From Nitrosopumilaceae archaeon (GTDB taxonomy: Archaea > Thermoproteota > Nitrososphaeria > Nitrososphaerales > Nitrosopumilaceae), in contig OZ242274.1 in the NCBI GenBank assembly GCA_965207375.1, positions 1,184,001 through 1,248,000 on the forward strand: a stretch of DNA of 64,000 nt, read 5' to 3'. Below, one piece after another: positions 41,243-51,546 of this stretch (the first letter of the stretch is position 1; the number at the start of each line of letters is the position of its first letter). The position numbers were made by a program, and so were the translations under genes. The notes under the pieces are model-generated. The model did not search any database. It saw only the letters and a list, made by a program, of their open reading frames with translations, and was not told where the DNA came from.

Positions 41243-42187
41243 TTACAAATTTCCTGCTTTGATGTCTTTGAGACACTTTACGACATCTTCTTTGGCAATT
41301 GGAATCGGATTTGGATCTAGGTGACCTTTATCTGTCATGACTATGTCTGCTGCCTCATCTGGGTCTGCCTTGAGTTCAAGTCTGTCAAATCCTAACTTTT
41401 CCATGCATTCTTTGAATTTGTCATAGAAAATTGACTTGTTATGTTTGTGTGCAACTGTTGTACACGAAGACAAAGAGTATCCGTGTGGCACGCCCTCATT
41501 TGAGAACACATATGATAATGCATGTCCTAATGTGGTAGAACAGTTACCAAATCCCATTCCGGACAACATAGAACCATACGGATAGTTTTCTGGCTTGTCA
41601 TTGATAATTGCATCATAAAGAATTTCAAATGCCTGTTTGCAAAGTGTTTTTGTCAGGTCGTTGCCTAGTTTGCTATCATAGCCTTCAGTAGCTTGAGCGC
41701 ATGCATCACAGACGGAGTTTTTGATTACCTGTTCTGGTGTTCCGTCCATAAAGTACGAGTCAACAACTGCCATGTCGGCTAGGAATTTGTCTTCTCTTAG
41801 TAGTTTCTTTTTGCCATCAAATTTTAAGACGCAATAAGTTGTCATTTCTGCCCCTGTGCCAAAGGTTGTAGGAATAAGGATTTTTTCCTTGCCCATTTCT
41901 GGTGCTGCGTATTTTACAACGTCCATGGAACTTCCACCACCTAATCCGATTAGTACAGACGGGTTTTTGTCCTTGAATTGTGAAATCACAGAATTGACGT
42001 CATCAATTGATGGTTCTGGTTTTACTTGGTCATATAACATATAGTCATTAATGCCCATTTTTGCCAACCACTTGTCAGATAATTCTGGCGGAACAGTTGT
42101 AACTATTAGGGCATTTTTTGGATATTCTGTTTGACCTAGTGCGTTTTCTCCAAAGTTGATAACCTTTGGAATGCGTACTGTGTGCAT
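41243..42187 (-). CDS. Iron-containing alcohol dehydrogenase, malonic semialdehyde reductase-like (3HP/4HB cycle)
   Basis: GLGGGSSMDVVK, IPTTFGTGAE, LGHALS..VPHG. Specific function inferred from recalled resemblance to the Nitrosopumilus enzyme. Confidence 0.85.
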   Translation of the reverse strand: MHTVRIPKVINFGENALGQTEYPKNALIVTTVPPELSDKWLAKMGINDYMLYDQVKPEPSIDDVNSVISQFKDKNPSVLIGLGGGSSMDVVKYAAPEMGKEKILIPTTFGTGAEMTTYCVLKFDGKKKLLREDKFLADMAVVDSYFMDGTPEQVIKNSVCDACAQATEGYDSKLGNDLTKTLCKQAFEILYDAIINDKPENYPYGSMLSGMGFGNCSTTLGHALSYVFSNEGVPHGYSLSSCTTVAHKHNKSIFYDKFKECMEKLGFDRLELKADPDEAADIVMTDKGHLDPNPIPIAKEDVVKCLKDIKAGNL

Positions 42188-42230
42188 GGATATTGACCCT
42201 AATTGATTATTATTATATCTTACAAAATTA

Positions 42231-43502
42231 TTGAAAAAACACTTGAGTGATTCTATTAGGACAAATGAGACAAAAGAGAATGATGCTGCATTAATCTTGG
42301 AGGCAGGCATTGCTGCTGCCATGCCTTTTGCCATCCTGACTAAAATTCTCAAAAGAGGCAAAATCATCATAGGCAAAAATGTCATCAACACAGGCAGTTA
42401 CTGTGCAGTCCGAATAATCTCCTTTGGCAAGGCAGGTCTTTTGATGGCAAATGCATTTGACAGTAAAGTAAGGGTCAAAGATGGAATCGTGGTAATTCCA
42501 GAAGGAATTGAGATTCCTAAAAAATCAAAGTTTAAAATTATTTGCTCTACCCATCCTGATCCCGGAAAAAACAGCGTACAGGCTGCAAAGGCAATCCTCT
42601 CATTTATCCAAAAAACCAATCGCGACGAGCTTGTCGTATTTTTGGTCTCAGGAGGAGCCTCTGCACTAGTTGCGCTACCTGACAGAATCACACTTTATGA
42701 AAAAATTCAGACCGGCAAATTATTATTAAGATCTGGTGCAAACATTGCAGAAATCAACTGTGTGCGAAAACATCTATCAAAAATTAAAGGTGGCCACATG
42801 GTATCTGCACTTTGTTGTGATGCAGTTGCATTGTTGATGTCTGATGTAAAATCAAATGACATGACAACTATTGCCTCGGGTATGACATACTGTGATAAGA
42901 CGACATTTTCTGATGCATTAAAAGTGATTAAAAAATACAAATTATACACCAAAGTCCCAAAGGGGGTAATCACACATCTAAAGGCAGGCACAAGAAACAA
43001 GATTCCAGAAACTCCAAAAAATGCACAAATTAGAAATTTTGTGATTGCTTCAAACAAAAATTGCATCAATGCAATGAAAAAAAAGGCAAAAAAACTAGGA
43101 TACAATACAAAAACAACTACAATATTTGGCAAGGTTGAAAAGCAGGCAAAGGCATTGGCAAAGATTGCACCTAAAAAAAATATGTCATGTGTGATTTTTG
43201 GCGGAGAAACCACCGTACTTGTACGGGGCAACGGACGAGGAGGAAGAAATCAGGAGCTAGTGTTGCGCATTGCAGATAAAACACAGCATGATTTAATCAT
43301 AGGCTCGATTGGGACAGACGGAATTGACGGCAATACAAAATATGCAGGAGCCATGATACGCACATCAGAAATTGACAAATCCAAAATCGTGACATATCTA
43401 AAAAGTAACAATTCAAATGCATATTTTAAAAAGTTTGGCGGCCTGATTGAAACTGGTCCAACACAGACCAATCTGCTAGATATTGGAATCATGTTGTCAT
43501 AA
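42231..43502 (+). CDS. Glycerate 2-kinase (DUF4147 + MOFRL)
   Basis: FGKAG, LVSGGASAL, RKHLSKIKGG, GGETTV, GRGGRNQE, GTDGIDG. Confidence 0.92.
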   Translation: MKKHLSDSIRTNETKENDAALILEAGIAAAMPFAILTKILKRGKIIIGKNVINTGSYCAVRIISFGKAGLLMANAFDSKVRVKDGIVVIPEGIEIPKKSKFKIICSTHPDPGKNSVQAAKAILSFIQKTNRDELVVFLVSGGASALVALPDRITLYEKIQTGKLLLRSGANIAEINCVRKHLSKIKGGHMVSALCCDAVALLMSDVKSNDMTTIASGMTYCDKTTFSDALKVIKKYKLYTKVPKGVITHLKAGTRNKIPETPKNAQIRNFVIASNKNCINAMKKKAKKLGYNTKTTTIFGKVEKQAKALAKIAPKKNMSCVIFGGETTVLVRGNGRGGRNQELVLRIADKTQHDLIIGSIGTDGIDGNTKYAGAMIRTSEIDKSKIVTYLKSNNSNAYFKKFGGLIETGPTQTNLLDIGIMLS

Positions 43503-43724
43503 AGTCATGTCTTGGTATAAATTGACCAAATACAAGTAATTAGGATTCATGTCATATATTAAAAATTTGTTTCATTAAAAATAATAAAAGCAAACACTTT
43601 TTGATAAAAATCAGAATATACTTCATATACATTGATAACTAAATTATATCATGATGCAACAAAAAACACGACGTACCGATTTGTATGCCTACAAATCTCA
43701 AGACATCAAAAGGAGGCATATGCC

Positions 43725-43973
43725 ATGACTCAGACAGTTTACGTGCTGATTCAGTGTGATCTTGGATCTGAGATTGATATTATCAAAAACATTGCAGATC
43801 TTGCAGAGGTCAACGAGGTTAGGGGAACATATGGAATTTACGATATTTTTTGCAAGGTGACAGCAGACACAAAAGAGGCAATAGACAAAATCATAACTGA
43901 AAAAATCAGGAGAGTACCTTATGTAAGGTCAACTATAACGTTGCACTCAATACCTTCACAAGGTGGAAAATAA
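43725..43973 (+). CDS. Lrp/AsnC ligand-binding-domain protein
   Basis: YVLIQC..G.E...EV..TYGIYDI..KV...IR....VRSTITL. Confidence 0.85.
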   Translation: MTQTVYVLIQCDLGSEIDIIKNIADLAEVNEVRGTYGIYDIFCKVTADTKEAIDKIITEKIRRVPYVRSTITLHSIPSQGGK

Positions 43974-44213
43974 TTGATAGAAAAAAAATTCGATACAAAC
44001 AAACTATACAGCAAAATCATACATTACTATGTTGACAAAAAAGGATATAACAAACAAAAGGCCAACAGAATTGCACAATATGTAATAAAACGGGAAATCA
44101 ACAAAAGAATCTGCAAAAACCCTGACTGTAGCCATCTTTTTGAGGATCACATACGAAATGTGGAAACGTGTCTGATGCTTGATTGTGATTGTAGAGAATT
44201 TGTGAAACATTAA
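43974..44213 (+). CDS. Hypothetical Cys/His-containing protein
   Basis: 79 aa with CKNPDCSH...H...C...C.C. Confidence 0.65.
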   Translation: MIEKKFDTNKLYSKIIHYYVDKKGYNKQKANRIAQYVIKREINKRICKNPDCSHLFEDHIRNVETCLMLDCDCREFVKH

Positions 44214-45187
44214 ATAAATCCGTCTAGAGTGTTTTGTTGTAATGGCTGTGCATCGATATCGTGTTTCCTGAGATAAGCTGCAAATTCGTTGACAAACCCG
44301 TGTATAGTGTACACCTTTTCGGCTTTGGATTTGATTACCATGTCTACTAGTTCGGCAAAATCACAATGATCACTTAGTGCAATAGAATAATCTCCACGTC
44401 TTCCAAACTGACAGCTGGTAGATTTTGCCCACCCTGTAAATCCAATTGTCAGTGCCCCATATTTTGACTTCATGTGTTTTACAAACTCGTTTTTTTCTGA
44501 CATCATGGGGGCTACCATTATCCATGGTTTTTTATCTAGCAATCCTTGTTTTTCGGCATCAGAATGTCCCATGGATTCTTTTAATTTCACTCCAAAACTT
44601 TTGTGTATTTCATTTACTTTCTTTACCGAATCGTGCAGATAAAACGGCTCCCAGTGTTGAAATAACTGTGTGATAGTTTGAGCCTTTCCTAACTGATACC
44701 CCATCAAGATTACAGGTATACCCTTAGAGTACAAATCAGAAATTATTCCATTGACCTGTTTTTGAATAACATTTATTGGAGGAAAGGAAAACTCTGGCAG
44801 CCCAAACGTACACTCTGTAATCAGAGTTTTGCATTTGGGGACACTACCTCCTGGCAAAAATCCTCTCTTTCTTGTACAGATATCGCCTGTATAATACACT
44901 CCCTTAAACAACAGCCCCCTAGCTCCAAGAATGTGGCCCGTGTCGTATAGTGACACATTGTCAAATTTAGCCACATGATTTTCCATAGTAAAGCCGCGCA
45001 AGCCTGCAATGTCTCTAGTTTCATTTGAGGCAAGAATTGTTCCTCCATTTTTACTCGGAAGATGATCCATATGTGCATGGGATACAAAATTCAGTCCGGG
45101 ACCTGCAGTTTTTGGATCCAAGGCTATCTTGATATTGTCTGCCTCACAGACAATTCCGTTTTCAGTCATCAGTACTTTTGCACTCAC
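44210..45187 (-). CDS. MBL-fold / beta-CASP-like exonuclease
   Basis: SHAHMDH, GHILGA, YTGD, LITECTFG, LSDHCDF, TIHG. Confidence 0.9.
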   Translation of the reverse strand: MSAKVLMTENGIVCEADNIKIALDPKTAGPGLNFVSHAHMDHLPSKNGGTILASNETRDIAGLRGFTMENHVAKFDNVSLYDTGHILGARGLLFKGVYYTGDICTRKRGFLPGGSVPKCKTLITECTFGLPEFSFPPINVIQKQVNGIISDLYSKGIPVILMGYQLGKAQTITQLFQHWEPFYLHDSVKKVNEIHKSFGVKLKESMGHSDAEKQGLLDKKPWIMVAPMMSEKNEFVKHMKSKYGALTIGFTGWAKSTSCQFGRRGDYSIALSDHCDFAELVDMVIKSKAEKVYTIHGFVNEFAAYLRKHDIDAQPLQQNTLDGFI

Positions 45188-45310
45188 AAAATCATGGCAA
45201 ATTAAATTTGATATAAACTGCAAGGTTGATTTGTTATACACAAATACTCAATGACATTTTGTAATTGATCTGTGTGGGCATATAATCAAGTGTCTTTTCT
45301 GTTGGCAGTA

Positions 45311-46310
45311 TAGTAAATTGAGTTGATATTAGTTAATTTTATAGACAGATCTAAATAGGAGAACTGTACTATTATAGGTGTGAAGAAAAAATTCCTTCCA
45401 AACATATCAAAAAATCGTTTGCGCAAGATGGAAAAGAACGAAAAAGATCCCAAAGCAAAAAAGATTCTACTTGCATGTATAGCAAAAAAAGAAAAAAAGG
45501 AATTAAAAGAAATTGCTCAAACGTTAAACACACCATATAATACGATCAGAGGATGGCTTCACCGTGTTTCAGAAGATGGATTAAAACACAGACATGACAT
45601 AAAAAACAAAGGAGCGGAATGTAAGCTTGATGACAAACAAATTGAAAAATTACTAAAGACGCTTGACAATGGACCAAAAGCAGCAGGTTACGAGTCAAAC
45701 CTATGGACATTGAGGCTGATAAACATGTACATCAAAAAAGAATTCAAAGCAGACTATCATGATGAATCAATATGGCAGTTGCTACGCCGACTCAAATGTA
45801 GACCTATTGTTCCTAGGCCACGCCATCCAAAATCTGCAACACCTAAAAAACGCAAGGCATTCAAAAAAAAGCTCATAGGGCAGCTACATATTGGACCAAT
45901 AAGGGATATACCGTCTAGTACAAGATGAAGCTCACGTGCAGATGAAAATCGTGCCCAGAAAGACATGGACCAGACAAAAAAACCCCTCAATATCTACCAA
46001 GGGCATGTGGGGAAACAAAAGAATCACCATTATGGGCGTTATCGGCAAAGACGGCAAACATTGTTTTGATTTTTACAATTCGGGAAACTGGGACAACACA
46101 AAGGATTTTCTTCTCAAGGTCTATAAACAATTTGGTCCCGTACTGATCTTTATGGATAATGCCTCTTACCATAAAAAACATGAACTCAGAGCTTTGACTC
46201 GCAAATTCAAGGGCAAGATGCAGTTTAGATTCCTGCCAAAACATACACCCGAACTTAATCCCATTGAACCGCAATGGAAAGGCTGTAAGGGTTGGGTGCA
46301 CAGTACCACT
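45311..46310 (+). mobile_element. IS630-family element, inactivated and 3'-truncated (boundaries approximate)
   Basis: HTH ORF 45380.., A8G slippery site at 45863-45871, then VQDEAH, FMDNASYH, FLPKHTPELNPIE. Extra frameshift at ~45915; no right end found. Confidence 0.88.
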
Positions 46311-46322
46311 AATACTCAGATT

Positions 46323-46838
46323 TTAATCCTCTATATCTGAATCAATATCTTCTGTGGAACGCAGAAATTTATCTGAATATGATGCTCCAAATCCTTTGAA
46401 GGAATTTCCTGATTTATCGGAAAATCGTTTTAACATGTCAGAATAAAACCATACATTGTCAAACGTGTAGCGTTGTTCTTTTGTTAATAGATCGATAATT
46501 CTATTGACGTCTTCTGATTTGTGATTTGTGTGCAAAATAAAAAATCGCTTATCACTGACATATAAGAAAAATTCATACACAGCGTTGGCAAAGTTGATTC
46601 GTAAAATTTTCATGTGTTGCAAACCTGTATCTGATACTTTACACGACATTTCATTTGTGTCTAATAGTGACGGAAATCCTTCATCTGATTCAAGTATGTA
46701 TGTCTTTAATTCTCGTAAACGTCCCTTTGTGGAATATTCTTTATCTTCATATTTTGGGGAATAAATTGTATTTTCCAAGTAATCCATAAACTCTTTGTTT
46801 GTTTGTACTAGTGGAAGTTTAGTAATGGTTGTTGACAA
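46323..46838 (-). CDS. Hypothetical protein, probably 3'-truncated
   Basis: 171-aa ORF preceded by a GGTGA RBS; ends tail-to-tail against the truncated IS630. Confidence 0.6.
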   Translation of the reverse strand: MSTTITKLPLVQTNKEFMDYLENTIYSPKYEDKEYSTKGRLRELKTYILESDEGFPSLLDTNEMSCKVSDTGLQHMKILRINFANAVYEFFLYVSDKRFFILHTNHKSEDVNRIIDLLTKEQRYTFDNVWFYSDMLKRFSDKSGNSFKGFGASYSDKFLRSTEDIDSDIED

Positions 46839-47092
46839 TATTTATCACCATAAATTAAATTTTTGAATGGGTACTTTAATCCTAAGTGTAGATTTCAAAT
46901 CATATGTCGTCTAACATACATCGTCTTGCTTTTCTGATTGCCCACCTGCTGTGTTTTTGTAGTATGTCTACTGGCATATTCTTAATTTCAACTTTTATCT
47001 TAGAAAATTTAATCTAACTTGATATCTGTAATACTTACATTTTACTACCTAAATATATGAAAAACTTTAGAAAATCCACATGTTGTAAAATT

Positions 47093-47374
47093 TTAAAATT
47101 TTGGTAGATTGAGCAGACTATCGTATGGGGAATCTGTACGCTCGGTTCTAATGTATGTAGGCTCTGCATTTTCAGGGGCAAGTTTTATCGAAACTCTAAT
47201 TCCTTCGGCTTCGATATAGAATGTATGGTGTAGTTTGTCCCTTCCCTTACCCTGTATCATTTTGATAATGTCTTCAACGGGAACTGATTTGCCATCCATT
47301 TTGACATTGGTGATTATTTGGCATTTTTTTTCAAGTCCTTTTTTACGAATGTGGGTGATTTTATGTCCGGTCAT
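47093..47374 (-). CDS. DUF3892-like protein
   Basis: HKITHIRK ... YIRTERTDSPYDSLLNLPKF pattern. Confidence 0.7.
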   Translation of the reverse strand: MTGHKITHIRKKGLEKKCQIITNVKMDGKSVPVEDIIKMIQGKGRDKLHHTFYIEAEGIRVSIKLAPENAEPTYIRTERTDSPYDSLLNLPKF

Positions 47375-47454
47375 ACAATATGTCAGTATATGCAAGAATA
47401 AGAACTGTTCATTTACCGTATGAATTAATTGCAGGTCAAAATACGATAAAATAG

Positions 47455-48072
47455 TTGCTACAGTTGGGAATTTTAATATCGGGCCGTGGAAGTAATATGG
47501 AATCAATCTTAAAGGCAATAAAAAAGAAAAAAATCCAGGTTGCACCTGCCGTAGTTATTTCAAACAAAGTAGATGCAGCAGGCCTGAAAACTGCCCAAAA
47601 ACTAGGAGTTACCACCGAAATAATTCAAAGCAAGGGATTTGCAGGGTCTAGAACAGACTATGATATGGAGGTTATCCAGATACTCAAAAAACATGGCGTC
47701 ACCCCAAATAACGGACTAGTATGCTTGGCTGGATTTATGAGAATACTCAGCTCAGAGTTTGTAAAAAAATACAAAAACAGAATACTAAATATTCATCCTG
47801 CACTATTACCTGCATTTCCGGGACTAGATTCACAAAAACAGGCACTTGACTATGGTGTAAAATATTCTGGATGTACAGTTCATTTTGTTGATGCTAGAAC
47901 AGATACGGGTCCAATAATTCTCCAATCTGTTGTAAAAATAAAACAAAATGACACCGATAAAACACTATCTAAAAGAATACTACAGCAGGAACACAAAATC
48001 TATCCTCAGGCAATTGATCTTTTTGCAAAAAAAAGAATCAAAGTAATTGGCAGAAGGACAGTCATCATCTAA
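47455..48072 (+). CDS. purN: Phosphoribosylglycinamide formyltransferase
   Basis: ISGRGSNM, LAGFMRIL, NIHPALLP, GCTVHFV. Confidence 0.96.
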   Translation: MLQLGILISGRGSNMESILKAIKKKKIQVAPAVVISNKVDAAGLKTAQKLGVTTEIIQSKGFAGSRTDYDMEVIQILKKHGVTPNNGLVCLAGFMRILSSEFVKKYKNRILNIHPALLPAFPGLDSQKQALDYGVKYSGCTVHFVDARTDTGPIILQSVVKIKQNDTDKTLSKRILQQEHKIYPQAIDLFAKKRIKVIGRRTVII

Positions 48073-48389
48073 GAATCAGAACCTCCAAAAAAATACAAGA
48101 CACGCAGCTCTTTTTTGTTACCATGAAAATAATGTCTTGTGTTTTTTGCAACAAAAAATATCTTGCCAGGAAAAACGGAATAGTCTCTATCTCTTATTCT
48201 CAGGTAGCCATCCCCTGATACAACATGGTAAATTTCGTCACTGTCATGTGGTTGCTGGGTGTCTTTTTGGCCTGGTTTTAAAACAAGTATGCCTGCAGCT
48301 AGATTCTGGCGGTTGATAAAGGTATGAAAATAAGAGTTGTCTTTTTTGATTTTATCAACATAGTCGTTGATGTTAAAATCTAATTTCAT
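48069..48389 (-). CDS. Cupin domain protein
   Basis: DTQQPHDSDEIYHVVSG ... PG.IFFV..NTRHYF. Confidence 0.85.
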   Translation of the reverse strand: MKLDFNINDYVDKIKKDNSYFHTFINRQNLAAGILVLKPGQKDTQQPHDSDEIYHVVSGDGYLRIRDRDYSVFPGKIFFVAKNTRHYFHGNKKELRVLYFFGGSDS

Positions 48390-48670
48390 TGTGCAACTAC
48401 TTGATAAAATCGCGGTGTCGGCATTTGAGCCATGTGAAAAGTCATCTGTTTGTGCCATTTTGCATGAATCTGACTTTGATGCATCTTCTCAAAGGTATCT
48501 CTACTGTCGTGTTCTACTATGATACGAAAAGAGCCGTCTCCTGATTTTAAGAGTCGTCTGCTTACAAATCCCTCACATTGGCAAAGCTCCACATTGGCAT
48601 CTGAAAATGATTTTTCAAAATTCTTTTCTGCTCCCGGCTTTAGTTGAATGTCTACTATTGCAATAAACAT
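48386..48670 (-). CDS. Antibiotic biosynthesis monooxygenase (ABM) family protein
   Basis: LKPG.E..FE...GFVSRRLL pattern, 94 aa. Confidence 0.85.
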   Translation of the reverse strand: MFIAIVDIQLKPGAEKNFEKSFSDANVELCQCEGFVSRRLLKSGDGSFRIIVEHDSRDTFEKMHQSQIHAKWHKQMTFHMAQMPTPRFYQVVAQ

Positions 48671-48721
48671 AATGTATCACTTTGGAGCTCTAATAATTGC
48701 GTTTGCAAACGCGTCTTTTTG

Positions 48722-48809
48722 GTAACTGATCGATTTTACACGTGCTATGCCTGAATCAAATGTAAAATTATAAATTTGACATTTTTTACACATGCTAGGC
48801 AAGTGTTAC
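48722..48809. mobile_element. IS66-derived MITE-like repeat, copy 2
   Basis: GTAACTGATCGATTTTA ... TGAATCAAAT ... AAGTGTTAC, as at 11105-11188. Confidence 0.7.
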
Positions 48810-49021
48810 TAGAATAATTCAAGTTTACAGGTGGGTTTTTTTACCTAAATTCGTACAAATTGCAGGCGACGAAGGTAGATGTTGTATAACTATTAGATCG
48901 TCAATGGACCATGATTTGTTTTTGTTGGCTCAAAATTGAACCTGATTGTTAAACTCTTCTCAATTTTTAGTTATTTTGAAAGTTTCTTGATCAAGGAATT
49001 TCTATGATATTAGGTAGAACG

Positions 49022-49086
49022 TGGACCAGACGGGATTTGAACCCGTGACCTGCAAGTTCTTAGGTTGCTGTGCTGCCAGACTACAC
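49022..49086 (-). pseudogene. tRNA-like sequence lacking the 5' acceptor strand
   Basis: D arm GTGT/GCAC, anticodon arm GCAAC-ctAAGaa-CTTGC, T arm ACGGG-TTCAAAT-CCCGT, 3' CTGGTCCA. No complementary 5' strand. Confidence 0.7.
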
Positions 49087-49494
49087 CGGCACACAATCTT
49101 TATAAAATTAAGTCTTGTATTAAAATTAAGTTTTCGGCTTATTGCGCTAGGTTACACTAGCCTATTTTTTTAATTTCTGCCTATGTGTCTAACCTCATGC
49201 CGGTTCTTTTGTATTAATTGTTGATGGCAAGCAGGCCATAATTTACTCGAGTTGTCTCCGCCTAGATTACAATTTGGATATACATATCAATTACAGTAAA
49301 CAGGACCTAACGAATTTTACCAACATCTGATACAAAAAATCTTGAGTTTTGTTATTTTGTATATTTCTTGCAAATCAGTGCAGAAAAATAATAATGTGAT
49401 ATTGTGAATTTTTGCAAAAATTAAACACAAAAAACAAACAAATGTTAATTTTGTCCTAAACCATCTTTATCTTTTAGTAAATATACATTTTGAC

Positions 49495-49857
49495 ATGTCA
49501 ATTTTGATGCATGACGAATTTGAAGAAAACCGAACCCAAAAGGCATTGACAATGTTATACATTGACAGAAAAAATGAATTCAAAGAGCTTGCAGAAGCAA
49601 TAATGCACAAGGATCCAACCGTTGAACCAATAAAGGACTGGGAATATTTTATTCTCAACTTTTGTCTTGATGTAAGCAAGGAATTCAAATCTTGGATAGG
49701 CCAAACCGGAATTTTAAGGAATTCTGATCTCAAAGCCTTGACCATACTAAGACAGGTTGGCAAAGGGAAAACCTCAATGAATCAACTAACTCGGCTACTT
49801 AATGTGTCATATGATTTAGCAGAGGAATTTAAGGTAATTTATCGCAGAATAGAGTGA
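49495..49857 (+). CDS. Hypothetical protein
   Basis: 120-aa ATG ORF with a TAAATATA box upstream. Confidence 0.75.
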   Translation: MSILMHDEFEENRTQKALTMLYIDRKNEFKELAEAIMHKDPTVEPIKDWEYFILNFCLDVSKEFKSWIGQTGILRNSDLKALTILRQVGKGKTSMNQLTRLLNVSYDLAEEFKVIYRRIE

Positions 49858-50042
49858 CTATTCCATTTAGATTTGTTTTTCAATTAAATTGTTTTTTTGA
49901 GCATGTGTGCTTTTGATATACTCGATACATCTTGACTCTGAATTTGGTGTAAGACTTGAAATCTTGTAATATCATTGGATACTTGATGTTTTTTGATAGA
50001 TCTTTTTCAAGAATTAAATAGCAAACTGCCACAATTTATCTC

Positions 50043-50900
50043 ATGGTTGGAATAAAAATTGACGGCAAGCTAATTGCACAATCTGTAAAGGATAGAGTAA
50101 AACAGGCAGTAATACAATTAAAAAACCAGGAAGTGCAACCGTGTCTGGCTACTGTACTAGTTGGAAGTAATTGTGCCTCTGCCACATATGTTAGAAACAA
50201 ACACAATGCGTGTGCAGAGGTAGGCATTGCGACCCAAGATCACAAACTTGATGCAGACATTTCCCAGTCTCAATTAGATGAATTAATCTCAAAACTAAAC
50301 AATGACAAATCCGTTCATGGCATACTAGTACAGCTGCCATTATCCAAACAGTTAGACGAGTTTGTTACCGTTTCAAGAATTTCACCGCTCAAAGATGTTG
50401 ATGGCCTAACGCCACACAATGTGGGTCTGTTGGCAATGCAAAAGGCAGCACTAGTTGCATGCACACCCTCTGGAGTGATGGAGATGTTTGATTATCACAA
50501 TATTGACCTGCGTGGAAAAAACGTGGTGGTAATTAACCGGAGCAATTTGGTTGGAAAACCCCTGTATCACTTGTTGCTGGCAAGAAACGCCACAGTAATT
50601 ACATGTCATTCACAAACATCAAATTTAAAACAGCAATGTGTCAATGCAGATATTATAATTACTGCTGTAGGAGACCGGACAAAATTTACGCTTGTACCTG
50701 ATATGATAAAACAGGGGGCAGTTATTATCGATGTAGCAATTACGCGTCATAACGAAAAACTTGTAGGTGACACAAATTATGATAGCATAATACAAAAGGC
50801 ATCTTATGCCACACCGGTACCCGGAGGCGTAGGCCCAATGACTGTTGCAATGCTTTTAAAAAACACAGTTACTGCAGCCTCGCTTAGTCGACTTGGCTAG
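50043..50900 (+). CDS. folD: Methylenetetrahydrofolate dehydrogenase/cyclohydrolase
   Basis: HGILVQLPL, KDVDGL, CTPSG, RSNLVGKP, TPVPGGVGPMT. Confidence 0.96.
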   Translation: MVGIKIDGKLIAQSVKDRVKQAVIQLKNQEVQPCLATVLVGSNCASATYVRNKHNACAEVGIATQDHKLDADISQSQLDELISKLNNDKSVHGILVQLPLSKQLDEFVTVSRISPLKDVDGLTPHNVGLLAMQKAALVACTPSGVMEMFDYHNIDLRGKNVVVINRSNLVGKPLYHLLLARNATVITCHSQTSNLKQQCVNADIIITAVGDRTKFTLVPDMIKQGAVIIDVAITRHNEKLVGDTNYDSIIQKASYATPVPGGVGPMTVAMLLKNTVTAASLSRLG

Positions 50901-51447
50901 TGTACAAAAGGCAGCGCTAAGAAAGATGCTGCTAGAAAAACGTGACAATACGTCTCATGATTTGATGGAGATTGCTTCGCGCAAAATTCACAACAATTTG
51001 CGCAAAATTTCTGAATTCCGACTGGCAACAAAAATCGGAATGTATTATCCTCTAGGAAGTGAAACCTTTACACAAAGAATAATGCAAGAGGCAATAAGCA
51101 AGGGTCTTGGGGTGTATTTGCCAAAGGTTATCCGAGACGATTTAGAATTTAGGCAGATCAGCGGATTTTCCAGCCTAGAATCTGGAAGCTTTGATATTAT
51201 GGAACCAAAAGACCGGTGCCCTATAGCTCCTAAAATGGAAACAGTTCTCATACCTGCAATAGGTGCCTCCGTAGACCGATACCGACTAGGATATGGACGG
51301 GGATTTTATGACCGGTTTTTGGCAAAAAATCAAACGGTCAAAATTGTACTGTGTTTTCAAAAGCAGATTGTAAAAACAATTCCAAAAGAGCCTCACGACA
51401 TACAGATGGACTATATAGTTACAGAACAAAGAATTTACAAATCATAA
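50893..51447 (+). CDS. 5-formyltetrahydrofolate cyclo-ligase
   Basis: K..LRK, RLGYGRGFYDRFL, EPHD..MD.IVTE. Confidence 0.93.
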   Translation: MASVQKAALRKMLLEKRDNTSHDLMEIASRKIHNNLRKISEFRLATKIGMYYPLGSETFTQRIMQEAISKGLGVYLPKVIRDDLEFRQISGFSSLESGSFDIMEPKDRCPIAPKMETVLIPAIGASVDRYRLGYGRGFYDRFLAKNQTVKIVLCFQKQIVKTIPKEPHDIQMDYIVTEQRIYKS

Positions 51448-51546
51448 CTCTAGTCCGAGGGTGTGCAAAACTTGGTCTTTTAGGTAGATTTGCCATTGAT
51501 TCATTTAGCTTAATTATGGCCTGTATTGTATCAGAAAAAGCAGAAA

